64,000 bases of DNA from the NCBI GenBank assembly GCA_963771175.1, contig CAVYSY010000027.1, forward strand, positions 32,001 through 96,000. The letters run 5' to 3'. How positions within the stretch are numbered: the stretch's first letter is position 1; the number at the start of each line of letters is the position of its first letter. The notes under the pieces were generated by a model. The model was not told where the DNA came from and did not search any database. It was given only the letters and a program-made list of their open reading frames with translations. The DNA is from an uncultured delta proteobacterium. GTDB lineage: Bacteria; Myxococcota; Myxococcia; Myxococcales; Myxococcaceae. The translations under genes and the position numbers were made by a program. Below, in pieces: positions 10,404 to 18,967 of this stretch.

Positions 10404-11377
10404 GGCATCCGCTCCGTGGAAGGAATCACTTCGCGCCACGCCGCGGGATCCGTCCCGTGGTACGCGACGAACGCCGCCACCCAGCGCTCCAGCCCGAAGG
10501 CGATACAGCCCGTGCTGGCCTGCTGCCCGTCCGGCAGGGAGAGGCCGAAGGTGCGGGAGAACGAGTCCCCGTGCAGGTTGAAGGAGGCGATCGCGAGGTC
10601 TCCTCCCTTCTGCCCGGTGACGTCCACCAACAGCTCGTACTTGAGCGACTGCGCCCGCTGCAGCAGCGTGCGCGCCCGGCCCTCCACCGCTCCGAAGAAC
10701 GGGTCCGAGGCCACGTCGATGCGCCCGGAGAGGCCGTGCGCCCTGGCGAACTCCACCACCTCCAGCAGCAGCTTCTCGCGCAGGCTGGCGATGGGCGCCT
10801 CGGGCCCCAGCAGGACGATCTCCCGCATGGTGAACTCCCACTGCCGGCGCAGCGGGGCGAACTCCCCGTGCTCGTAGCGGAAGCACCGGCCCTGGGTGGT
10901 GAGCACCATCGGCTCGCCGGTGATGGCGCGCCCCTCGAGCTCCGCGTAGCAGTGGTAGCAGACGGCGCCGGACAGCACCGCGCCCGACGAGCGCACCCGG
11001 GAGGCAGCCGTCGCCTCCACCCGCTCGCCCCCCTTCACCGCGTCCACGAACTGGCGCAGGGACGCGGTGTCCCGGTCCAGGCACATGGCGAAGGTGGCGT
11101 GGTGCGGGAAGGACTTGAAGTAGTCCGTCCGCTCCATCACCGAGATGGGCATCAGCGTGGGGTACTGGCGCTCGGAGGCGCCGTGCTTGAACGCCAGCTC
11201 GAGGAACTTGCGCTCGAAGTAGCGGAACAGCCACAGCGCGGGGCCGGACATGCCCAGCGTGCCGTTCTCGTACGAGCGCAGGTCTCCCCGCTCCAGCAAC
11301 TGGCCCACCGCCTCCGGCCGGGGCGAGCGGCCCGAGCTGAAGGCGAGGCTCTTCGGGTCCACCGTCAGGGAGCTCAC
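10400..11377 (-). CDS. Amino acid:[carrier protein] ligase (class II SerRS-like catalytic domain without tRNA-binding domain)
   Basis: YFKSFPH, AVCYHCY, CFRYE (motif 2), FTMRE, ASDPFF, KYELL, IASFNLH, TGCIAFGLER (motif 3); about 325 aa; GTGA overlap with the ACP gene. Confidence 0.85.
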   Translation of the reverse strand: MSSLTVDPKSLAFSSGRSPRPEAVGQLLERGDLRSYENGTLGMSGPALWLFRYFERKFLELAFKHGASERQYPTLMPISVMERTDYFKSFPHHATFAMCLDRDTASLRQFVDAVKGGERVEATAASRVRSSGAVLSGAVCYHCYAELEGRAITGEPMVLTTQGRCFRYEHGEFAPLRRQWEFTMREIVLLGPEAPIASLREKLLLEVVEFARAHGLSGRIDVASDPFFGAVEGRARTLLQRAQSLKYELLVDVTGQKGGDLAIASFNLHGDSFSRTFGLSLPDGQQASTGCIAFGLERWVAAFVAYHGTDPAAWREVIPSTERMP

Positions 11378-11637
11378 GCCTTCGCCTCCCCACCCGGGCA
11401 GAACGTGTCGGCGATGATCCGCGGCGTGCGGAAGTAGTTCATCGTCAGCTTGTCCTCGGGCACCTCGATGGAGAGCTCGCTCTCGATGAAGCCCATCAGG
11501 TCGATGATGCGCATCGAGTTGATGAGGCGATTCTCGAACAGCGCGGTGTCCCGGCCGATGTCCGCGGTGATGCCGTTCTCCACGCACAGCTTGCGAATGA
11601 AGGCGAGCAGCCGCTCCTCGAACTGATTCCTGTCCAT
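11374..11637 (-). CDS. Acyl/aminoacyl carrier protein
   Basis: 87 aa, acidic; LFENRLINSMRIIDLMGFIESELSI (Ppant Ser) and NYFRT. Confidence 0.85.
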   Translation of the reverse strand: MDRNQFEERLLAFIRKLCVENGITADIGRDTALFENRLINSMRIIDLMGFIESELSIEVPEDKLTMNYFRTPRIIADTFCPGGEAKA

Positions 11638-11650
11638 GGTGTGTCCCTCG

Positions 11651-12778
11651 TCAGCTCCGGTTACGTCCCCAGTCGGTGGCCACGCCGTGGCGCAGCACGT
11701 CGCGCAGCAACTGCGTCGCGGGCGGCGGCTTCACCCGCTCGCCGAGCAGCGTGTGCACGGGCCGGGCGTCGAACACCTGGGAGGCCAGCAGGTGCCCGTA
11801 CATGGTGTCCCCGAGCCGGACGACCTCGTGGGACTGCTTGTTCTGCGTCTGCAGCAGCGTGCGCCGCAGCAGCGTGTACGTGTCCTCGTCGACGATGTCC
11901 GGCGGGAGGAAGACCCCCTGGGCCCAGCGCCGCTCCGTCTCCGCGGACACCTCGGTCATGATGTCGATGAAGTCCCGCAGCCGCAGGCCCTCGTCCCCGT
12001 TGCCGATGTGGAAGGTGCGGCCCGGCTGGTAGTGCTCCAGGAAGAGCGTGAGCAGGGCGGAGGCCGCGTAGTCGTTGGACGACAGGTCCATCCGCGAGTC
12101 GTCGGTGCCCGGCAAGGCGCCCACGTGCCCCTGGTAGAAGAGCCGCATGAGCGAGTGCATGGAGTTGTACCGGGTCACCTCGCCGCTATCCCGGCCGATG
12201 AGGTAGGCCAGCCGGTACATGGCGATGGGCAGCTCCTTCATCAGCCCGCGCACGAAGTGCTCCGCCTCGTACTTGCTCTGCTCGTACGGGTTGACGAAGC
12301 CCGCCTCGTGCACCTCGTCCGTCTCCAGGAAGCGGCCCTTGCGGTGGCCCGCCACGAAGAGGGTGCTCACGTAGCCGACGCGCTCCAGCCGGCGGAAGGT
12401 GCGCACCACCTCGAAGACATGGCGCGTGCCGTCCACGTTGGCCAGCCGCGCCTCCGGCAGCGGAGCGTCCAGCTCCACGTTGGCCGCCGAGTGGATGACG
12501 TGCGTCACCTCGTCCGCCAGCCGCGCCGCGTCCTCCGGCGACAGCCCCAGCCCGGGCCGGGTGATGTCGCCCAGCACGGGCACGAACTGGCCCTCGGGCG
12601 GGCGCGTCGAGGCATCCGGCCACAGCTTCGCCGCCAGCTTCGACCAGCGGGCCTTGAGCACCACGGGCGAGGGGGCCCGGATGAGCGCGTACACCCGCGC
12701 CTTCGGCGTGTTGCGGGCGATCCAGCGCGCCATCTCCATACCGACGGCGCCGGTGATTCCAGTCAGGAACAGGTTCAT
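11651..12778 (-). CDS. Stand-alone thioester reductase / fatty acyl reductase-like extended SDR
   Basis: FLTGITGAVG, GDITRPGLGL, IHSAANV, NVDGT, YVSTLFVAG, YEQSK. Confidence 0.85.
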   Translation of the reverse strand: MNLFLTGITGAVGMEMARWIARNTPKARVYALIRAPSPVVLKARWSKLAAKLWPDASTRPPEGQFVPVLGDITRPGLGLSPEDAARLADEVTHVIHSAANVELDAPLPEARLANVDGTRHVFEVVRTFRRLERVGYVSTLFVAGHRKGRFLETDEVHEAGFVNPYEQSKYEAEHFVRGLMKELPIAMYRLAYLIGRDSGEVTRYNSMHSLMRLFYQGHVGALPGTDDSRMDLSSNDYAASALLTLFLEHYQPGRTFHIGNGDEGLRLRDFIDIMTEVSAETERRWAQGVFLPPDIVDEDTYTLLRRTLLQTQNKQSHEVVRLGDTMYGHLLASQVFDARPVHTLLGERVKPPPATQLLRDVLRHGVATDWGRNRS

Positions 12779-12811
12779 GGTGTGGGAGGTTCCGTGGGGG
12801 GGGCGCGTGCG

Positions 12812-13790
12812 TCAGATCCGCACGATGCTGCAGCCCCAGTGCGCGCCGAGCCCGAAGGAGAACATCATCACGTGGTCGCCCTTCTTCACCAGGCCCTGGT
12901 CGATGACGTCCTTGAGGTTGATCCAATTGTCCGCCGCCACCGAGTGGCCCTTGGGACGGATGTTCTCCGTGTAGATCTTCTCCAGGGGGATGCCGGTGAA
13001 CTTGCTGAGGATCTCCCAGCTCCGCAGGCTGACGTTGTGGGGGATGAGGAGCTTGATGTCCTCGCGAGCCAGCCCGCTGGCCTTGAAGGTCTTCTCCAGC
13101 ACGCGCTTGCCGGTGGGGAAGTAGGCGGCGAGCAGCTCGTTCTGGTGGCCGTCCGGGTCCCAGTAATAGCCGCGGGTGAGCGTGTGGTACGTCTTGAGCT
13201 GGAGGCCCTCGGGATCGCGCGACAGCAGCACCGCGCACGCCGAGTCGCTGCAGACGTTGTAGACGACCTCGCGCTTGATGCCGTCGGGGAAGACGTCCGC
13301 GTTGACGCAGAGGGCGTACTTCAGGTCCTCCATCTCCATGACGGCGTGGGCCAGCCACACCGCGTGGGACAGGGAGACGCAGCCCAGCTCGCTCAGGCCC
13401 ACCGTGCGCGCGTTGGACAGGCCCAGCTCGTCCTGGAGGCGCGTGCTGGAGAAGCGGAACAGCCCCAGGTGCGCGTTGTCCCCCGAGGGGTACTCGGCGA
13501 GCGAGTCGCCACGCGGCACCAGCGAGCTGGTGGGCAGCACGCTCGCGTTGATGAGCAGCCCCACCTCCAGCGGATCCACCCCGTGACGCTCCAGCAGCGC
13601 CTTGAGGGTCGTCGAAGCGAGCTGCGTGGCCGGCACATTCGACACCCGGCAGTCGCCGAAGCCGAAGTCCGCGCATCGTCTCGGGCGTGCTGACGAGGCG
13701 CCCCTCTTCCGCGAGTTGCTCGAGGCCGACCTGCCGCTCGGGCAGCGTGTAGTGGATACCGTGGATGCGAATGGTCGAGGACGGATTCAT
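12812..13790 (-). CDS. 3-oxoacyl-ACP synthase III-like condensing enzyme; frameshift near 13670
   Basis: ELGCVS (Cys), SDSACAVLL, IPHNV, GHSVAAD, FGLGAHWG; ATGA overlap with the PPTase gene. Confidence 0.85.
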
Positions 13791-14434
13791 GAGCGCACGA
13801 TGGCCAGCAGGTGGTGGTGCAGGGCCAGGAAGGTGAAGGCGAACTCGCGGGAAACGGGCTGACGCAGTCGGAGCACGCCCTCGCCGAGCTCGGGCTCCAG
13901 GGCGCGCAACGGAAGGGGCTCCGGCGGGCGGAGGGCCTTGTAGAGCGCCTCCTTCAGCAGCCACAGCCGCGGGGCCAGCTCCGGCTCCCGCTCGCAGCGG
14001 GCCCGCTCGGCGGGAGTAAGGAAGAAGTGCCACAGCCGCTCGGGGATGGGGGCCACCGGCTCCACGTCCACGCCCACCTGGCCGCGCGAGGTGACGGCCG
14101 CCACCGACAGGCCGCGCCCGTGGCTGAGCGACACCTCCAGGCGCCGCGAGCCCTCCGGCACGTGCAGCCGGGGCTCTCCCTGGGGGCCCGGCAGCACCTC
14201 CACGTGGCTCGGCGGACACTCCGGGCCGAGCAGCTCCCGAGCCACCTGCTTGCACACCCGGCGCCCGCGGAGCCACTCGTGCTGGCGAGGGCCGGGCAAC
14301 GCGGAGAGGACGTCCCGCTCGCGCTCGGACAGGAGCTCCCACCCGAGCGGCGAGGCCGGAGCCGGCGCCAGGACGCCGACGCCCACCTCATCCCAGCAGA
14401 GGAAGGAACCCCCCTCCGGAGCAGAGAGCGTCAT
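13787..14434 (-). CDS. 4'-phosphopantetheinyl transferase (Sfp-like)
   Basis: GEPRL, VSLSHG, VGVDVE, WLLKEALYKA; start approximate. Confidence 0.85.
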   Translation of the reverse strand: MTLSAPEGGSFLCWDEVGVGVLAPAPASPLGWELLSERERDVLSALPGPRQHEWLRGRRVCKQVARELLGPECPPSHVEVLPGPQGEPRLHVPEGSRRLEVSLSHGRGLSVAAVTSRGQVGVDVEPVAPIPERLWHFFLTPAERARCEREPELAPRLWLLKEALYKALRPPEPLPLRALEPELGEGVLRLRQPVSREFAFTFLALHHHLLAIVRS

Positions 14435-14532
14435 GCCTTGCATTACTCCGGGTTGCATAATTGGTGTGTAGAGTACACTTCGCCGACAAGCAAGGCCCCC
14501 CTGATTTTTCAGTCAAACCGGAGAGATTGACA
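14435..14532. promoter_or_regulatory. AT-enriched divergent promoter region of the lipid cluster
   Basis: Between divergent starts; small inverted repeat gtgta-gag-tacac (14466-14478). Confidence 0.4.
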
Positions 14533-14931
14533 TTGCCTGAAAACAACATCTTCGCGCGCATCGTTCGAGGAGAGATTCCCTGTCACAAGGTGTGGGAGGA
14601 CGAGCGGCACCTGGCCTTCCTGGACATCCGGCCGGTGCAGCCCGGACACACGCTGGTGATTCCGAAGGCGGACGGGGACTACCTGTTCGACCTGGAGCCC
14701 CAGCGGTACGGGGAGCTGATGCAGGCGGTGCGCACGGTGGCGCGGCTGCTCAAGGAGCGCACCGGGTGCCAGCGCGTGGTGGAGGTGGTGCTGGGCTACG
14801 AGGTGCCTCACGCCCACGTGCACCTGATTCCCACCGACTCCATGGCGGACCTGCCGCCCATCCTCGGCACTCCGGCGGAGCAGGCGGACCTGGCGGCCAT
14901 GGCGGCGCGCCTGCGAGGCCCGGGCAAATGA
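14533..14931 (+). CDS. HIT family hydrolase
   Basis: IFARIVRGEIP, AFLDIRP..PGHTLVIPK, HAHVHLIP histidine triad; TTG start after GGAGAG. Confidence 0.92.
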   Translation: MPENNIFARIVRGEIPCHKVWEDERHLAFLDIRPVQPGHTLVIPKADGDYLFDLEPQRYGELMQAVRTVARLLKERTGCQRVVEVVLGYEVPHAHVHLIPTDSMADLPPILGTPAEQADLAAMAARLRGPGK

Positions 14932-15179
14932 CGCCCTCCACGAAGACGGCGGAGGACATCCAGCGCTGGCTGGTGGAGCGCGTGGCGGGCTTCCTGGAGC
15001 TGACGCCCGCGGACATCGACGTGCGGGCGCCCTTCCAGCACTACGGGTTGGACTCGATGGAGCAGCTGCGCATCATCGGCGAGCTGGAGACGTGGCTGCA
15101 GCGGGAGTTCGAGGAGACGCTGCTGCGCCAGTACCCCACCATCGAGTCGGTGGCGGCCTTCCTGGCGAAGGCCGCCTGA
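14928..15179 (+). CDS. Stand-alone acyl carrier protein (FAAL/PKS type)
   Basis: IQRWLVERVA..YGLDSM..LETWL..YPTIESVAAFLA; ATGA overlap with HIT. Confidence 0.88.
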   Translation: MTPSTKTAEDIQRWLVERVAGFLELTPADIDVRAPFQHYGLDSMEQLRIIGELETWLQREFEETLLRQYPTIESVAAFLAKAA

Positions 15180-15239
15180 GGCCCGAGCGCCGCGCGGGGG
15201 CTTCGGCACGAGGAAGTGCCGGAGCCCACCGGGCGAGAC

Positions 15240-17077
15240 TCATGCCGCGCGCGTGTCGCCACTCTTCTCGGCGTCGCGGTACAGCTCCTCCAGCGCCTCG
15301 CCGAACTTCTTGAGCACGTTGCGGCGCTTGAGCTTGAGCGACGGCGTCAGCATGTCGTTGGCGGTGGTGAAGTCCTCGCTGATGAGCAGGAAGCGCTGCG
15401 GCTTCTCGTAGCCCTTGAGCCCGCGTGGACAGCTCGTTGATCTGCTCGCGGTAGAGCTGCTGCACCTCGGGCCGCTTGAGCAGCTCGGGGATGGAGGTGG
15501 TGTCGAGGCCCTTCTCGCTGGCCCACTTCTTCAGCGCCTCCATGTCCGGGACGATGATCGCCACGTTGAAGGGCTTGTTCTGCGCCGTGCATCATCACGT
15601 TGGCGATGACGGGCGAGAGCTTGCAGCGCCTGCTCGATGGGCACCGGCACCACGTACTTGCCGTTCTCCAGCTTGTACTGCTCCTTGATGCGGCCGGTGA
15701 TGTAGAGGAAGCCGTCGTCGTCGAGGTAGCCCATGTCGCCGGTGCGGAAGCCGCCGTCGCCGGTGAAGACCTTCGCGTTCTCCTCGGGCAGGTTGTAGTA
15801 GCCCATCATCACGTTGTGGCCGTAGACGACGATCTCGCCCTGCTCGGCGTCGCCGGTCGCGGCGCGTGTCGATCTCGACGCGCACGCCGGGGATGGCCTT
15901 GCCGACCGAGCCGATCTTGCCGGTGGCCCGGGTAGTTCGCGGTGGCGATGGGGCGACGTCTCGGTGAGGCCGTAGCCCTCGTAGACGGTGATGCCGAGGT
16001 TGTCGATGAACTCGGCGACCTCGCGCGAGATCGCCGCGCCGCCGCAGAAGGCGTACTTCAGCCGGCCGCCGAAGCGCTCGCGCACCTTGGAGAAGACGAC
16101 CTTGTCGAAGACGGCGTGCTGCAGGTCCAGCAGCACGCTGCTCTGCTGCCCTGCGCCGCGAGCTGCCTTGCGCTGCTTGGCCGCCATCCGAGGCCGCGCG
16201 TGAAGAGCATGCGCTTGATGGCCGACTCGGCGGCCATGCGCTTCTGCAGCCCGTCGTAGATGCGGTTGAAGATGCGCGGCACCGAGAAGAGCAGCGTGGG
16301 CTTCACCTCGGCGAGGTTGTCGATGATCTTCTCGACGCTCTCGGCGATGCCCATCGAGGCGCCCATGGAGAACAGGCCGTGGAGCTCGACGACCTGCCCG
16401 AAGGAGTGCGCCCACGGGAGGAAGGACGAGCGAGCGATCCTCCAGGTCATGCGGGAAGATCTCGTGCATGGCGCGTCACGTTGCGCGCGAGGTTCGCGTG
16501 GCTGAGCATCACGCCCTTGGGGTTGCCGGTGGTGCCCGAGGTGTAGATGAGGCCGGCCAGGTCCGCGGGCTTGGGCTGGGTGAGCACGGGGCTGGGCGTC
16601 TCCGCGCCGCGGCGCAGCAGGCACGCGATAGGAGTCCGTCTCGGTCTCGGTGCCGGAGAAGCGGATGATGTGCTCGAGCTTGGGCAGCGGCCGGCTTGAG
16701 CGCCTCGAGCTTGGCGGCGATGGCGTCGGTGGCGGCGAACACCACCTTGGCGCCGCAGTCATTGAGGATGTACTGCCACTCCTTGTCGAGCTGCTGCTCG
16801 TACATGGGCACGTAGGCGGCCCCCAGCGTGTACGACGGCATAGGCGCCCACCGCCCACTCGTGCCGGTTGTTGGAGATGACCGCCACCCGATCACCCGTG
16901 CGTCACGCCGAGCTGGGACAGACCTCCGCGCAGGTCGTCCACGAGCTGGCCGAACCGCGCATAGGACATCCACGTCCACTGCCCGTTCTTCTTCTCCCCG
17001 AAGAGCGGCCGCGGGCCGAAGGAAGCGGTGCTCTGCAGGAAGATCTCGACCAACGTGTCGAACTTGGGGCTCGCCAT
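15240..17077 (-). CDS. Long-chain fatty acid-CoA ligase (AMP-binding); several frameshifts
   Basis: Fragments [70 protein letters not shown] in alternating frames. Confidence 0.85.
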
Positions 17078-17258
17078 GTGTACCTGGGCTCCTTGGGTTC
17101 AGCGATGTGGGCGGTGTCGAAGGACCCCCCCCGATGCCTGGGAATGCCGGGAAGCTATCGCAACTCGAGTCCTACTGGATGGGTCTCCAAGCACTTTGGA
17201 CCGCACTCGAAGTGGAAAGTGGACATGACGCATGGAGTCATGGCGCGCGGCACGAGCC

Positions 17259-18911
17259 TCAGAACGGCGCGGGGCACTCGAGCTCGAGGCGCTCGCCGGT
17301 GTGGGGATGGAGGAACCTCAGGGCCTCGACATGCAGCAGCAGGCGCGTGTCGTCACGGCCGTACAGCCGATCTCCGACGATGGGGACGCCCAGGCCCAGG
17401 GGGTGCGCGGCGTGGACGCGAGGCTGGTGGGTGCGATCCGTGCGGAGGAAGAGCGACACCCGCGTCCGGGCGAGGGTCCGCTGGGTGACGCGCCACTCGG
17501 TGATGGCGCGCTTGCCGTGCTTCGGGTCGACGCACTGGCGGGGACGGTCCTCGGGATCGCCGCGCAGCGGCAGCTCGATGACACCGTGGTCACCGGCGAC
17601 GTGGCCGTCGAGCCAGGCGACATAGCGCTCGTCGGCCTCGCGCCGCGCGAACTGCCGCTGGAGCGCCGCGTAGGTCTCTGGAGTCCTGGCGATGAGCAGA
17701 AGCCCGGAGGCCTCGAGCTCCAGGCGGTGCACGACCAGAAGCCCCGCCGCGTCCGCGTATCGTCGCTGGAGGCGGACGAGCACGGAGTCGCGCAGCAGGG
17801 CGTGGCGGCCGGGAACCGACAGCAGGCCCCGAGGCTTGTCCACGACGAGCAGCCACGGGTCTTCGTACACGAGCCGGGGCTCCTCCACCGGGAGCGGCTC
17901 CGAGCCGGCGAGCGGCGGTTCGACGGGCAGCCCCTCGAGCATGTACGGAAGGACCTGGCCGCACTTGTGATGACATGCGGGGTAGTACACGCCCGCCTCC
18001 CGCCCCCCCGAGAGAGGAGGCGCGCCCCACCAGAACTCGGCGAGCGCCAGCGGCTTCAGGTGGTGGCGGTAGGCATGGCCGAGGAGCTTCGGAGCGGCGC
18101 AGTCCCCCGCTCCGCCGGGCGGCGCCTCATTCGCGAACAGCGCTCCCAGGGTCCGCTGTTCACCGCGCGCATTCAGCAGCACGTAGCTGTCGGCCATCCG
18201 CTGCCAGAGCTGCCTCGAACGCTCGGCACGCTGGTGCTCGAGCTCCGCGCGACGCGCGTCGAGCGCTCGTAAGGCCGAGGCCAGGGCCTCACGCTCCTGG
18301 TGGTGCGCCTCATCCAACCGCCGGCGCTCGGCGGCATCAGCACGGCTCTCCTGCGCGAGCGCCGCACGTCGCTCGTCAGCTCCCGCGGCCCCGTCGGCCA
18401 GATGCCGGCGCGCGTCGTGCCGGAGGCGGCGGTTCGCGTCGTGGCGTGCACGCATCCCGGCGGTGGCGACGTCGTGCCGCGCGGTCAGCTCGGCGAGGCG
18501 CGCGCGCAGCGCCACGGGCTCGGCACCGTCGACCAGCTCGGCATGGCGGTCGGCGAGCGCGCGCAGCTCGGCCTCGCCGGCGGGCCAGAACGCATCGCGC
18601 GCGACCGGGTCGAAGAGTGGCGGCGCGAACCCGTCGATCTCCCAGCGGTCGTCGAGCATGCCCGAGAACCCGCACAGGTAGCCCACCCGACCATCCGGGG
18701 CCGCGACGACCAGCACACCGAACATCTTGCCGCCGCCAGGCTCATCGAGGGCGCTGAGGTCGATCCCACCGGAGAAGTCGCCACGGCGCAGACGCAGCTG
18801 CAACGCCTCCGCGGCCCGGCGCGCCAGGGCCTGCGGCGCGCCCTGGATGAACGGGCTCGCCAGCCGCACCGGCACCTCGTCTGGGGCCGGCTGCGGCTCG
18901 AAGTACGTCAC
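17259..18911 (-). CDS. Long-form RluA-family pseudouridine synthase homologue with altered catalytic motif
   Basis: GGKMFGVL, GAGDCAAPKLL, AEFWWG, VVDKPRGLLSVPG, HRLE (normally HRLD), RTHQPRVH, PIVGDRLYG; start approximate. Confidence 0.8.
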   Translation of the reverse strand: MTYFEPQPAPDEVPVRLASPFIQGAPQALARRAAEALQLRLRRGDFSGGIDLSALDEPGGGKMFGVLVVAAPDGRVGYLCGFSGMLDDRWEIDGFAPPLFDPVARDAFWPAGEAELRALADRHAELVDGAEPVALRARLAELTARHDVATAGMRARHDANRRLRHDARRHLADGAAGADERRAALAQESRADAAERRRLDEAHHQEREALASALRALDARRAELEHQRAERSRQLWQRMADSYVLLNARGEQRTLGALFANEAPPGGAGDCAAPKLLGHAYRHHLKPLALAEFWWGAPPLSGGREAGVYYPACHHKCGQVLPYMLEGLPVEPPLAGSEPLPVEEPRLVYEDPWLLVVDKPRGLLSVPGRHALLRDSVLVRLQRRYADAAGLLVVHRLELEASGLLLIARTPETYAALQRQFARREADERYVAWLDGHVAGDHGVIELPLRGDPEDRPRQCVDPKHGKRAITEWRVTQRTLARTRVSLFLRTDRTHQPRVHAAHPLGLGVPIVGDRLYGRDDTRLLLHVEALRFLHPHTGERLELECPAPF

Positions 18912-18967
18912 GACCGCCTGCGAAGGTGCCTCTCTCACGATGACCTGGGTGCCATGATACGCCCAGC

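Noticed and set aside
9666..11377. Valanimycin-type azoxy pathway (SerRS + diiron protein)
   Set aside because: The ligase lacks a tRNA-binding domain, and no VlmA-like transferase or amine N-hydroxylase is recognisable
2580..13680. Programmed frameshifting in the peptidase, FAAL and KAS III genes
   Set aside because: No slippery sequences seen; similar 1-nt indels hit unrelated genes across the window
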